Assembly: GCA_030706635.1 (NCBI GenBank)
Contig: JAUZOD010000012.1
Coordinates: forward strand, 15,477-79,476
Source: Bacteroidota bacterium
GTDB taxonomy: Bacteria > Bacteroidota > Bacteroidia > Chitinophagales > Chitinophagaceae
Direction of reading: 5' to 3'
Length of the DNA stretch: 64,000 bases
The notes beneath the pieces were generated by a model that saw only the letters and a program-made list of their open reading frames with translations, had not been told where the DNA came from and searched no databases. Positions 18,309-28,294 of this stretch are shown here, in pieces (position 1 is the stretch's first letter; each line of letters opens with the position of its first letter). The position numbers and the translations under genes were made by a program.

Positions 18309-19181
18309 TTATTCATTCAGCATGCGGGAGAGCATCAGGAGCTCGGTCTTTTTATACAGATTGGATTCATTATCGAAGCATTTGCTGAATTCATCCAGCA
18401 GGGTCTGGATGATGCGGATGTGATTTACCGGCTTGAAATGAACCGGAGCCGGTGTAACGGCTATGCGGGTAAAATAATTGTTTACGTCTTTGTGTGTAAA
18501 CACCTGTCCACTCATCGGGTCTATAAAAAACTCGATCCTGTCCTGCGGATCTTTCATGAAAGCTTCCTCACTGTAATCCGGTTTGATATAGGCCAGAACA
18601 AACTGTCGCGGGATATTGATGGCTTTCACCGGGATGTCCAGCAACTCGCACAACAGCAGGTAAACAATACCATTGATCAGGGTATTTCCCCTTTTAGTTT
18701 CTATCAGTTTATTGATGAGGAATTCTTCAGGATGCTGATAGCCCACTTCCGTTCCTTTCAGATTGTAGTACCCGTATATGATGCTGGTGAGCACATTGAT
18801 CTGTTCCAGGGGTGTCAGATAGCTGTTCAGCTCGAGCCATACATTGCGCCTCAGCTTCTCCATCTCCTCGAGAACGGTACCAGTGCCAAGATCAGGGTAT
18901 TGGAACTTGGAAACGAGCAGGGTGGCCGTGAGGAGATCCTGGTAGCTGCTGCCCTTCCACCGCTGGAAATCTTCGGTCAGGTCACGGTAATGCAACCGGT
19001 GAATGAGCATTTCGATCCTTTCCTGGATGGTGGTCTGGACGGTATTCTCCCAAAGGTATTCGAGGTTGGGAATGATTCCCCTTCCGTAACTGATGATGCG
19101 GTCGCTGATGGTGGTAAATACTTCTTCATCAGGATCATCAATAAGATGAAACAGGGCCTTTATTTCTCTGGATTCCTGCAT
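18309..19181 (-). CDS. transglutaminase-like/SirB1-like family protein
   Basis: 290 aa. The region GNTLINGIVYLLLCELLDIPVKAINIPRQFVLAY resembles transglutaminase-like superfamily (SirB1/YchA-type) proteins. The assignment is from memory only. Confidence 0.5.
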   Translation of the reverse strand: MQESREIKALFHLIDDPDEEVFTTISDRIISYGRGIIPNLEYLWENTVQTTIQERIEMLIHRLHYRDLTEDFQRWKGSSYQDLLTATLLVSKFQYPDLGTGTVLEEMEKLRRNVWLELNSYLTPLEQINVLTSIIYGYYNLKGTEVGYQHPEEFLINKLIETKRGNTLINGIVYLLLCELLDIPVKAINIPRQFVLAYIKPDYSEEAFMKDPQDRIEFFIDPMSGQVFTHKDVNNYFTRIAVTPAPVHFKPVNHIRIIQTLLDEFSKCFDNESNLYKKTELLMLSRMLNE

Positions 19182-19350
19182 GGGGTGGATATTTTATCTT
19201 CAGGCGATATACAGCCGGGATAACGGCGATGAATATCGCAGAAGTTAAAAAAACAGCAATGACAATCTTATCCACAAACCCTTTCCGGGTGTTTATTTCA
19301 TGGATCAAATGGCCTCCGCCGTATTGGATAACGAAGGAATGTAAAAAATC

Positions 19351-21696
19351 TTATGAGGATTTCTTTTTCCGCGGAACTCTTTTAGGCGGATTGGCCTTGA
19401 CCTCTTCGATGATGGCCTTGATTTCGGCTAGTTCAAGGCCTTCCACGTGTTCCTGTTTTTCTTTTGGGATCTTGTAATTGCGCAATCCCTGTTTGATATA
19501 GGGGCCGTAAGGTCCTCGGAGGAGCTGTATCTTTTCTTTTTCGAATACCTTGATGGTGCGCTGTTGTTTGGCGGCCCTTTTTTCCACGATGATCGGAGTG
19601 GCCTCTTCAAAGCCAATGGTGTAGGGGTCAAATTCCTTTCCCAGAGAATAGAACAGTTTGTCGTGCGCAATATAGGGACCGAACCGCCCGATGTTTACAG
19701 CCACCTCATTTCCTTCAAATAATCCCAGGTTCCTGGGCAGCCGGAACAGCTCCATGGCTTCGTCCAGATTGATGGTTTCAATGCTCTGGGTGTTTTTCAA
19801 TTTAGCAAACTTCGGTTTCTCCTCATCATTCTGTTCTCCGATCTGTACCATAGGTCCGTAGCGGCCCATACGGGCAATTACTTTCTTGCCGGTGACCGGA
19901 TCTGTGCCAAGCTCTCTTTCACCACTGATTCTTTCTGCATTTTCAATGGTATTATCCACGTCTTTCTTGAATGGCGTGTAGAATTCATCAATCATGTTGT
20001 TCCACTTCAGGTTGCCATTGGCCACCTCGTCAAATTCGGCTTCAATGCGCGCTGTGAAATGATAATCCATGATGTCGTCAAAATACTGCTTCAGGAAATC
20101 AGTCACCACCAGTCCTAAATCTGTGGGAAATAATTTCGACTTTTCGGCTCCCGTTGTTTCCTGCTCCGTCAATTTGTTAACGGCATTGTCTTTTAATTTT
20201 AATATCCTGAAATGCCGGATTACGCCTTCTTTATCGCGCTTCTCCACATATCCCCTTTTTAATATCGTGGATATGGTTGGGGCATACGTGGACGGGCGGC
20301 CAATGCCCAGCTCTTCCAGTTTTTTAACCAGGGATGCTTCTGTATAGCGGGGCAGTGGCCGGCTGAATCTTTCGGTTGCCCGCATTTCCACAAGAGGAAG
20401 TTGTTGATTTACAGTGAGGGGTGGCAGCATATCGTCCTGCTGTTCATCTTCCGTTATGTCGTCGTCATCCCGGTCTTCCCGGTAAACTTTTAAGAATCCG
20501 TCAAACTTCAACACCTCGCCCGTTGCTTTCAATTCCTCCTTATTGGAAGAGATCTGTATGACGGCTGTGGTTTTCTCCAGTTCTGCATCTGCCATTTGTG
20601 AGGCCATCGTTCTCTTCCAGATCAGCTCATAAAGGCGGCGGCAATCCGCGTCGTCCACAGTCATGTTCTCCATATAGGTGGGCCGGATGGCTTCATGCGC
20701 TTCCTGCGCACTTTCATTTTTGTTTTTGAAAGCCCGATGCTGATAATATTTATTGCCAAACTTGCTGCTGATCTCAGCCTTCAGATTGTCCATGGCCGTT
20801 TCACTGAGGCTCACACTGTCGGTTCTCATATACGTGATCTTACCACTTTCGTATAATTTCTGTGCAAGCAGCATGGTCCTGCTGACCGAATACCCCAGCT
20901 TACGGGAGGCTTCCTGTTGCAGGGTTGAGGTGGTAAATGGGGCAGCGGGTGATTTCTTTCCGGGTTTAACCTGGATATCGGTAACGGAATACTTTGCGTT
21001 GATACAGCTGTTCAGAAACTCCTGTGCACCGGCTTCCTGGGAGAATTTTTTACCCTCGGCAGAAAAAACCACGTTCTTGCCGGAAATGTCTTTTGAGGTA
21101 AAAGAAGCTTCTATTTTAAAAGTGCTGACCGGCGTAAAGGCATTGATCTCTCTTTCTCTTTCCGCAATGATACGAACGGCCACGCTTTGTACTCTTCCGG
21201 CGCTCAGGTTGTTCTTCATACTCATTTTACGCCAGAGCACCGGGCTCAGTTCAAATCCCACAATACGATCCAGGATGCGCCGGGCCTGTTGGGCATTCAC
21301 CAGATTCATATCCACTGTTCTGGGTTTCTGAACAGCGGCCAGGATTGCGGGTTTGGTAATTTCGTGAAAAACAATCCGTTTCGTGGTTTTGGGGTCAAGG
21401 CCCAATACTTCACAAAGGTGCCAGCTGATGGCTTCCCCTTCCCGGTCCTCATCCGTTGCGAGCCATACTTCTCCCGATTTCTTAGCCAGACTTTTTAACT
21501 CTTTGACTACCTTCTGCTTCTCTTCCGGAACAATATAACTGGGCTTGTAGTTATTCTTTATGTCGATCCCCATATCCTGTTTCTCCAGGTCCCGGATATG
21601 GCCATAACAGCTTTTAACTTCAAAATCCTCCCCTAAAATTCTTTCTATCGTTTTTGCCTTTGCCGGTGATTCCACGATCAATAGATTCTTCGCCAT
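19351..21696 (-). CDS. topA: DNA topoisomerase I
   Basis: TOPRIM N-terminus LLIVESPAKAKTIERILG. The length and sequence are typical of type IA enzymes. Confidence 0.95.
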   Translation of the reverse strand: MAKNLLIVESPAKAKTIERILGEDFEVKSCYGHIRDLEKQDMGIDIKNNYKPSYIVPEEKQKVVKELKSLAKKSGEVWLATDEDREGEAISWHLCEVLGLDPKTTKRIVFHEITKPAILAAVQKPRTVDMNLVNAQQARRILDRIVGFELSPVLWRKMSMKNNLSAGRVQSVAVRIIAEREREINAFTPVSTFKIEASFTSKDISGKNVVFSAEGKKFSQEAGAQEFLNSCINAKYSVTDIQVKPGKKSPAAPFTTSTLQQEASRKLGYSVSRTMLLAQKLYESGKITYMRTDSVSLSETAMDNLKAEISSKFGNKYYQHRAFKNKNESAQEAHEAIRPTYMENMTVDDADCRRLYELIWKRTMASQMADAELEKTTAVIQISSNKEELKATGEVLKFDGFLKVYREDRDDDDITEDEQQDDMLPPLTVNQQLPLVEMRATERFSRPLPRYTEASLVKKLEELGIGRPSTYAPTISTILKRGYVEKRDKEGVIRHFRILKLKDNAVNKLTEQETTGAEKSKLFPTDLGLVVTDFLKQYFDDIMDYHFTARIEAEFDEVANGNLKWNNMIDEFYTPFKKDVDNTIENAERISGERELGTDPVTGKKVIARMGRYGPMVQIGEQNDEEKPKFAKLKNTQSIETINLDEAMELFRLPRNLGLFEGNEVAVNIGRFGPYIAHDKLFYSLGKEFDPYTIGFEEATPIIVEKRAAKQQRTIKVFEKEKIQLLRGPYGPYIKQGLRNYKIPKEKQEHVEGLELAEIKAIIEEVKANPPKRVPRKKKSS

Positions 21697-21807
21697 ACTC
21701 TTAAATAATGCGTTTTACAGGCCCGAAGGCGTGCAATTTTACAGTATAACAATGAAAGTAAAAAATTGATGCAGCGGCAAGTGATGTGCCATGCCACCCG
21801 GAACTCC

Positions 21808-24486
21808 TTAATTCATAGGCCCTTCTGCGCCATTTTGTGGAGAATCCTGGTCGGCTTTTAGATTTTTCCGTTTGAATAATGCTGTGTCAAATTTACCGAA
21901 ACGATAATTGAACTGAATCCTGACAAACTGCGGATCCCTGATGCGGTAGGATTCCTGTGTGGAATAGGCCGAGTTGACAAACACATCGTATTTCCTGGTT
22001 TTGAGGATGTCGTTAATACTGAGGGTGATGCTGGCGGCGTTGTTTTTCAGGAATTCATATTTGACCGAGGCATCCATGCTGCCGGTGGGTTTGGAGTACC
22101 CCTGGGCGTTTCCACTAACTGTTGGTCCCCATCCCCGACCTCCCTGACTCGAAGAACCGCCTGGGGGAAGCACCGTTTTGGAGGTAAAGTCTCCTGTAAG
22201 CTGGAGGGTAAAATGCTTGTGGATTTTAAATGTGTTGTTCAGTTTGGCAAACCAGCTGTAATTGGCAGGCGCCGTGGCAATGGAATCGTTGGTGAAAATT
22301 TTAGATGTGAAGATGTTGAGGTTGCTGGTCAGGTCCCACCAGGGGGTGATGGCATTCCTGCCGATCAGTTCAAGGCCACCCACATAACTTGCACTGGCGT
22401 TGATAAAAGTGTTGATCAGCACAACGGAATCCGTTATGGGATTGATTTCTTTTGTCTGGTAACGGGTTATGAGATCGGTGCTGTATTTATAATAAACGGA
22501 AGCCAGAAAACTGTTGTTGCCGTTGTAGGTTTTGGAATAATTCAGTTCAACGGAGTTCGTAAACTGGGGTTTGAGGTTCGGATTACCCTTGTTCAGATTA
22601 AGTGAATCTGAGTAGTCAGTATAAGGGAAGAGCTGGAAGAAATTTGGTCGGTCAACCCGCCGGGTATAATTCAGTTGCAGCTCATCATTGTCGCTTAATT
22701 TATAAGATAAATAAAGGCTCGGAAAAAGACTGACGGGATAATTGTTGCTGAATCTTCCCAGTGTATCCTTTAATCCATTCGTACTCAGACTGTCTTTGAT
22801 TGCATAAATGCTGGACCCGTGGTAACTCGAATTTTCCGCACGAAGTCCCAGTTGATAACCGAATTTCCCCAGTTTATTGGTATAGGTCAGGTATCCGGCA
22901 ATCACCCGGTCATGATAATCATAATTAGAAGAGGCCAGCGGTTGAAAAATTTCTTTTCCCTGGTCATTGATAATGCTGCTGTTGTTCAGGCTGCTCACAT
23001 TGCGCGCGGAAATCCTTGCGCCCGCCTCCAGTTTGGATTTCTCTCCCAGGGGATTGGTATAATCCGTTTGGGCAGTAATGTATTCATTGGTGCCGCTTCC
23101 ATCCTGTTGCTGACGGTAGATGCTGGATAGCGGTCCCCCGATGGTTTGGAATATATTGGATGTGGTGCGGTTCAAATTACTGTTCGTTCCATTGCTGTAG
23201 TTGACATCGGCCGACCAGTCTTCGCCCGCTTTGGGAAAAGTATGTTTAAAACTTAACTGACCTTGCTTATTATTGAATGAATTGTTGGTGGTTGAAAAAC
23301 GCTGGGTGAAAGAGCTGTTGCTGTATCCGTTGTTGTATAAGGTGTCCAGCGCAAGCGCGCTGTTGGTGGTGGGCAAAAACGATCCGTGAACGAGTGTTCC
23401 GGAGGCAGAAAGCGTATTCCGGTTATCCATCAGATAGTCCACACCGAACCGCCCAAATACAAAGTAGCCGCTATTCCTGTTGTCATCCACCTGATGCAAT
23501 TTATTTTCAGGTTCGCTGATAAACGTTAGCCTGTCTGTTGTTCCCGGTGAAACCGTTTTACGCTCCCGGATGTTGCCACTGGCGAAAAAATTCAGCTTGC
23601 CTTGTTTTACATTGATGCTTCCGCCGGCGTTGTATCCTCCCCGTTTGTCAAAACCCGCGTGCACGTTTCCATTATAACCTGCTTTCCTGTTTTTTTTCAG
23701 GACAATATTGAGGATTCCGGAAGTGCCTCCGGATGCATCGTACTTGGCTCCGGGATTCGAAATGATTTCTACACTTTCAATAGCATCCGAGGGGATCTGG
23801 TCCAGGGTAAGGGTCGTGGGTCTTCCGTCCACAAATATCGTTGGCGGAGCATTTCTTAAAGTCACATTACCGTCAATATCCACTGCCAGGGAAGGGATAT
23901 TCTTCATAATGTCCACGGCGGTTCCTCCCTGGGCGGCTATGTCTTTTTCTACATTGTAGATTTTCCGGTCGATCCCCAGCTGGATCAGGGGTTTGGATCC
24001 GGTAACAATCACCGAATTAAGCGTTTCAGCATCCTGCTGCAGTTTTATATTGCCCAGGTCTTTTTCAACGGCATTCACCCGCAGTTCAGGGTCAGTGCTT
24101 TTGCCCAGTTTCAGATCGAACGCTACTTTTTCATCATATAGCGTATAGCCGATGGCGGTTATTTTCAGGCGGTACAAAGCCAGGATCGGAAGATTCGAAA
24201 AACTGAAGTTGCCTTTCGATCTGGTAATCATTCCATCTATAACGGTATCTTTTTTGCTTTTGGTTGACGCGTTGTATTTTGACTGGATCAGCTGGACGGA
24301 AACGCCATCTATTCCTTTATTCGTTTTTGCATCTACAATACGTCCGTAAAAATGACCGATCGCCGGAGCCTGCCTGCCGCCCCTGGGCAATGAGGGCGTG
24401 CCGGTTTCATCCTGTGAAAAAGATAATTGTGCGCCCAGAAAAAATAAGATGGCCAGGAAAATCCGGTTTAGGTAAACTTTTTTCAT
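21808..24486 (-). CDS. TonB-dependent receptor with N-terminal carboxypeptidase-regulatory-like domain
   Basis: The true start is at MKKVYLNRIFLAILFFLGAQLSFSQ (ATG 24484-24486). The track ORF extends to 24696 by reading through the tRNA gene. It has a plug plus a long beta-barrel and a C-terminal aromatic strand. There is no adjacent SusD. Confidence 0.85.
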   Translation of the reverse strand: MKKVYLNRIFLAILFFLGAQLSFSQDETGTPSLPRGGRQAPAIGHFYGRIVDAKTNKGIDGVSVQLIQSKYNASTKSKKDTVIDGMITRSKGNFSFSNLPILALYRLKITAIGYTLYDEKVAFDLKLGKSTDPELRVNAVEKDLGNIKLQQDAETLNSVIVTGSKPLIQLGIDRKIYNVEKDIAAQGGTAVDIMKNIPSLAVDIDGNVTLRNAPPTIFVDGRPTTLTLDQIPSDAIESVEIISNPGAKYDASGGTSGILNIVLKKNRKAGYNGNVHAGFDKRGGYNAGGSINVKQGKLNFFASGNIRERKTVSPGTTDRLTFISEPENKLHQVDDNRNSGYFVFGRFGVDYLMDNRNTLSASGTLVHGSFLPTTNSALALDTLYNNGYSNSSFTQRFSTTNNSFNNKQGQLSFKHTFPKAGEDWSADVNYSNGTNSNLNRTTSNIFQTIGGPLSSIYRQQQDGSGTNEYITAQTDYTNPLGEKSKLEAGARISARNVSSLNNSSIINDQGKEIFQPLASSNYDYHDRVIAGYLTYTNKLGKFGYQLGLRAENSSYHGSSIYAIKDSLSTNGLKDTLGRFSNNYPVSLFPSLYLSYKLSDNDELQLNYTRRVDRPNFFQLFPYTDYSDSLNLNKGNPNLKPQFTNSVELNYSKTYNGNNSFLASVYYKYSTDLITRYQTKEINPITDSVVLINTFINASASYVGGLELIGRNAITPWWDLTSNLNIFTSKIFTNDSIATAPANYSWFAKLNNTFKIHKHFTLQLTGDFTSKTVLPPGGSSSQGGRGWGPTVSGNAQGYSKPTGSMDASVKYEFLKNNAASITLSINDILKTRKYDVFVNSAYSTQESYRIRDPQFVRIQFNYRFGKFDTALFKRKNLKADQDSPQNGAEGPMN

Positions 24487-24606
24487 TTGGCTGCGAAATT
24501 CGTCTAAAACAGGGAGGTAGGGTACCCTTAGTTTACGAGCGGCAGATCCAATGTGTGAGAGGGTAGGTTTTGTTAAGGTCTTGCAAATACGGGCAGAAAA
24601 AAAAGT

Positions 24607-24682
24607 GGGTGACTGATGGGGTTCGAACCCACGACCCCTAGAACCACAATCTAGTGCTCTAACCAACTGAGCTACAATCACC
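24607..24682 (-). tRNA. tRNA-His (anticodon GUG) with encoded G-1
   Basis: I folded the cloverleaf by hand. It has G-1, acceptor GTGATTG/CAGTCAC and discriminator C. The D arm is GCTC/GAGC and the anticodon arm CTAGA-TTGTGGT-TCTAG. The T arm is GTGGG-TTCGAAC-CCCAT. Confidence 0.9.
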
Positions 24683-24693
24683 GTTTGGGATGG

Positions 24694-24701
24694 CAAAACT
24701 A
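24694..24701 (-). promoter_or_regulatory. putative -7 box for tRNA-His
   Basis: Minus strand TAGTTTTG (exact TAnnTTTG), 11 nt upstream of the tRNA 5' end. Confidence 0.45.
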
Positions 24702-24848
24702 AAGTAAAATCCTGAATTATTCGTCTTCATTACGCAAAATTTAGAGCATATCCATCCGGCGTTCGCCGGTGACCATCGATTCCTGCCGGTTAACACAGGC
24801 TGATCGTTAATAATTCTTCAACTACAACAATAAGGAGACATAAATCGT

Positions 24849-24856
24849 TATTTTTG
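24849..24856 (+). promoter_or_regulatory. putative -7 box for the S41 peptidase gene
   Basis: TATTTTTG. It overlaps the TTG start used by the ORF track, which argues for a downstream ATG start. Confidence 0.35.
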
Positions 24857-24883
24857 GCAGGTATGTCAAAATTGATTACATAT

Positions 24884-27010
24884 ATGTTCAACAAAAGGAA
24901 TTTGCCCATTGTCTTGCTCGTTTCCGTACTTGGGGTCGCCCTTGCCCTGAAAACATTTGCTTTTAGTTCGGAGCCGCCGACTAAATATGAAAAGATCCTG
25001 AGGAACGTAGGCGAGATGCTGGAAGAGGTGCATTATAGTCCGAAAAATATCGATGACAGCTTTTCCAGAGAGGTATTCACGAAGTTTCTGTCAGAAGTGG
25101 ATTTAGAGAAAAAAGCATTTTTAAAGAGTGATATCCAGGAGCTTGCCAAATATCAAACCACTATTGACGATGAGATCCTGGGAAATGCCCCTGTTCAGTT
25201 TGTTCCGGCAGTTGATGTGATCTATAAGAAACGGCTGCAGCAATTGCAAAGCATTTGTCATGAAATTCTTTCCCAGCCTTTTGACTACAGCAAACAGGAA
25301 TCCGTTAACCTCGATTATGATAAAATGGATTTTCCAGCCAATGAAGCCGCCCGCAGGGACGAGGTCCGGAAAAAACTGAAATATCTTACGCTGGAAAAAT
25401 ATGCAGACCTGCTTGATCAGCAGACGGCCGCCAAGGGTAAGCCCGGCTATGTTGCGAAAACAAATATGCAACTTGAAAAGGAAGCCCGCGAAAAGACCCT
25501 GAAGATCATGGATCGTTTTTATGATCATCAGCTGCTCAAAGCCAATGACGATGATCAGTTCAACGCCTTCGTGGAAACCATTGTGCAATGCATGGATCCG
25601 CACACGGATTATTTTCCACCGGTGGAAAGAAGATCATTTGATGAGGATATGAGCGGAAGATTTTTTGGCATCGGCGCCGCACTCCGGGATGAAGACGGAG
25701 CCATTAAGATTATTACCCTGGTTACGGGAAGCCCCGCCTGGAAATCCGGGCAGATCAATGTGGGTGACGTTATTTTAAAGGTGGCGCAGGGCAACCAGGA
25801 ACCAGTGGACCTGACCAGTTATATGGTGGAAGATGCGGTTAAGATTATCCGCGGAAATAAAGGAACCGAAGTCCGGCTCACCCTGAAAAAAGCAGATGGC
25901 ACCATTAAGGTGGTTTCGCTCATCCGGGATGAGATCATTCAGGATGAAAAATTCGCCAAGAGCGTCGTAGTTCAGACCGCTAAGGGGAAAATTGGTTATA
26001 TTTTTCTTCCGGAATTTTATGCCGATTTCGACAACCCGAACGGAAACCGGTGCTCGGTTGATGTTGCCCGGGAGATCGTGAAACTCAAGGATGCGAAAGT
26101 GGATGGCATCGTGATGGACCTTCGCAACAATGGCGGCGGCTCCCTCTTTGATGTAGTGAAGATGGTCGGCTTATTTATTGACCAGGGTCCTGTGGTCCAG
26201 GTTCGGGACCGTCGTGGCAATCCGGAGATATATAGTGATCATGATAAGTCTGTTTTATATGACGGCCCGCTGGCCGTGATGGTAAATGAATTCAGTGCCT
26301 CGGCTTCAGAAATTTTTGCGGCCGCTATTCAGGATTACAAACGGGGTGTGATCATCGGAAGCACCACCACCTATGGAAAAGGAACTGTTCAAAGAAATAT
26401 CCCGCTGGATAAAAATATGGGATTAAGCGACGTGGGCGGTCCGCTCGGAACCATTAAACTTACCCTGCAGAAATTCTATCGCATCAATGGCGGATCCACG
26501 CAGCTGCGCGGTGTTTCTTCGGATATTGTGCTCCCGGATCTGTATGAGCATTATAAGATCAGGGAGAAGGATCAGCCGGATGCGTTGCCATGGGACGAAA
26601 TGCCCAAAGCGGACTACGCTACCTGGAAATATGCTTATGATGTGAATTTTATCCGTAATGAAAGTATTGAAAGAACAAAGCTGAATCCTTCATTCACTAC
26701 CATTTCAGGCAATGCTGCCTGGCTGGATAAACAAAATGACAAGCAGTATCCGCTCAACCTGGATGAATACAGACTGGAGCAGCAGAAGATCAGGGCTACG
26801 GTTAAACAGATTGATTCTGTAAGTAAATTAATCGTGCCGATGAAAATTACCACTATGCCGGAGGATACAGCGAAATACGATAAAGACAAAGACAAGGCCG
26901 ACAGGTACAAGCAATGGCTGGATAGCCGGAAAACAGATATTTATCTGAAGGAAGCGGTAAATGTTATGGACGATATGATTTCCCGGAGAAACCTGGTGTA
27001 CAACAAATAA
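24884..27010 (+). CDS. carboxy-terminal processing (tail-specific) peptidase, S41 family
   Basis: The track ORF starts at TTG 24854; I prefer MFNKRNLPIVLLVSVLGVALAL (ATG 24884), and ATG 24863 is also possible. It has a PDZ domain (GIGAALRDEDGAIKIITLVTGSPAWKSGQINVGD) and an S41 core (NNGGGSL, SASASEIFAAAIQD). Confidence 0.85.
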   Translation: MFNKRNLPIVLLVSVLGVALALKTFAFSSEPPTKYEKILRNVGEMLEEVHYSPKNIDDSFSREVFTKFLSEVDLEKKAFLKSDIQELAKYQTTIDDEILGNAPVQFVPAVDVIYKKRLQQLQSICHEILSQPFDYSKQESVNLDYDKMDFPANEAARRDEVRKKLKYLTLEKYADLLDQQTAAKGKPGYVAKTNMQLEKEAREKTLKIMDRFYDHQLLKANDDDQFNAFVETIVQCMDPHTDYFPPVERRSFDEDMSGRFFGIGAALRDEDGAIKIITLVTGSPAWKSGQINVGDVILKVAQGNQEPVDLTSYMVEDAVKIIRGNKGTEVRLTLKKADGTIKVVSLIRDEIIQDEKFAKSVVVQTAKGKIGYIFLPEFYADFDNPNGNRCSVDVAREIVKLKDAKVDGIVMDLRNNGGGSLFDVVKMVGLFIDQGPVVQVRDRRGNPEIYSDHDKSVLYDGPLAVMVNEFSASASEIFAAAIQDYKRGVIIGSTTTYGKGTVQRNIPLDKNMGLSDVGGPLGTIKLTLQKFYRINGGSTQLRGVSSDIVLPDLYEHYKIREKDQPDALPWDEMPKADYATWKYAYDVNFIRNESIERTKLNPSFTTISGNAAWLDKQNDKQYPLNLDEYRLEQQKIRATVKQIDSVSKLIVPMKITTMPEDTAKYDKDKDKADRYKQWLDSRKTDIYLKEAVNVMDDMISRRNLVYNK

Positions 27011-27031
27011 ATCATTAGCTCCATGGGAACC

Positions 27032-27067
27032 ATGCGCGGTGAATCCTTATTCATCGCGCATTTTTTT
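27032..27067. terminator. bidirectional rho-independent terminator
   Basis: A 12-bp stem atgcgcggtgaa / ttcatcgcgcat (one G-T pair) with a 6-nt loop and a T7 run. It lies between convergent genes. Confidence 0.75.
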
Positions 27068-27069
27068 GA

Positions 27070-28209
27070 TTACGTTTTTTGCATTCTGCCTGCCAGAAAA
27101 ACGATCATCGCTCCCATAAGAGCAATCAGACCCAGGGAAACGCGAAGACTGCTCGCCTGGGCGATGAACCCAATGAAGGGAGGGCCGAACAGAAACCCCA
27201 GGTATCCGATGGTGGAAACGGCAGCAAGGGCAACGCCGGGCGACATCTTTTCGGATTTTCCTGCAGCACTGTAAATCATAGGAACAACAGAAGAAACGCC
27301 CGCACCCACCAATAAAAACCCCAGGGTGGCGGTAATGAAATGCGGGAAACAAACAGCCAGTAATAAGCCGCTGGCTGTACAGGAGCCGCTGAGTTGCAAC
27401 ATTCTTTTCATACCGAGTTTAAATGCAACCCAATCCCCCACAAACCGGCCGGTGGCCATCGTGCTCATGAAAGCCGTATAACCAACCGTCACCCAGGCCT
27501 TCCCCGGCTGAACCACATGTTCGAAATAGATACCGCTCCAGTCGAACATAGCCCCCTCGCAGATCATAGAGCAGAAAGCGATCAATCCCAGGGTGAGTAT
27601 CGCCTTGTCGGGTTTAGCGAAAATAGGTCGCTTTTCATCCTGGCCTGTATCCTGAACAACCAGGGAATGCGAAAAGACGACCAGGATCAGCAGGGCCAGT
27701 CCGCTGATGCAGAGAAAATGATATCCGGGCAATATGCCAAACCTTACCATCCCGGTTCCGATGGCAGCTCCCGAAAAGCCGGCTGTGCTCCAAATGCCGT
27801 GAAAGGAGGCCATAATGGGTTTGTTGTAAAAAGATTCCACTCCCACAGCCTGGGTATTCATGGAAATGTTTAGCAGGTTGCCCCCAAATCCGAAAATGAA
27901 CAGGGTAGCCATTAACTGGGTGGTGGAATGCACAAAACCAAGAACAGGAAGAGTACCCGCATATAGTACTGCAGCCAGCATCACGACGATCCGGCTTCCG
28001 TACCGTGCTACCAGAAATCCCGCTACCGGTAAAGAGGTCAGCAATCCAACAGGCAGGCTGAACAAAACGGCGCCCAGCGCGGCATTGCTAAGTGCTAAGG
28101 AAGACTGAATGGCTGGAATGCGTGAAGCCCAGGAAGCAAAACAGATTCCGGCAAGAAAGAACAGACTGCTGACTGCAATCCGGTGGATGCGAGGTTGGGG
28201 CAAGGGCAT
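27070..28209 (-). CDS. MFS transporter
   Basis: 379 aa and highly hydrophobic, with many TM segments. It has an MFS-like loop LVARYGSR. Confidence 0.7.
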   Translation of the reverse strand: MPLPQPRIHRIAVSSLFFLAGICFASWASRIPAIQSSLALSNAALGAVLFSLPVGLLTSLPVAGFLVARYGSRIVVMLAAVLYAGTLPVLGFVHSTTQLMATLFIFGFGGNLLNISMNTQAVGVESFYNKPIMASFHGIWSTAGFSGAAIGTGMVRFGILPGYHFLCISGLALLILVVFSHSLVVQDTGQDEKRPIFAKPDKAILTLGLIAFCSMICEGAMFDWSGIYFEHVVQPGKAWVTVGYTAFMSTMATGRFVGDWVAFKLGMKRMLQLSGSCTASGLLLAVCFPHFITATLGFLLVGAGVSSVVPMIYSAAGKSEKMSPGVALAAVSTIGYLGFLFGPPFIGFIAQASSLRVSLGLIALMGAMIVFLAGRMQKT

Positions 28210-28217
28210 ATGATCCG

Positions 28218-28225
28218 CAAAATTA
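28218..28225 (-). promoter_or_regulatory. putative -7 box for the MFS gene (near-leaderless geometry)
   Basis: Minus strand TAATTTTG. Its last G lies only 8 nt before the ATG. Confidence 0.3.
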
Positions 28226-28294
28226 AACGATCCGGATGGCTATTTCCAAGCCTGTTTATTGCTGCGGATAAATATGAAATCCTTGCCGGATGGA

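Noticed and set aside
18420-19223. Long antisense ORFs opposite real genes: 18420..19223 (267 aa), 57924..58667 (247 aa), 28991..29626 (211 aa), 55676..56269 (197 aa), 44677..45255, 46042..46698 and 20753..21331
   Set aside because: In each case the opposite strand encodes a protein with clear family motifs or a signal peptide. The antisense translations are low-complexity and Cys/His/Phe/Arg-rich with no recognisable domains. This is typical shadow-ORF behaviour.
19204-19240. 7-bp inverted repeat gcgatat...atatcgc between topA and the transglutaminase-like gene
   Set aside because: The stem is short, the loop is 22 nt and there is no T-tract. This is within chance expectation.
24487-24696. 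N-terminal 70-aa extension of the TonB-dependent receptor ORF (MPSQTVIVAQLVRALDCGSRGRGFEPHQ...)
   Set aside because: This stretch is the reverse-strand translation of the tRNA-His gene (24607-24682). A proper signal peptide starts at the ATG at 24486.
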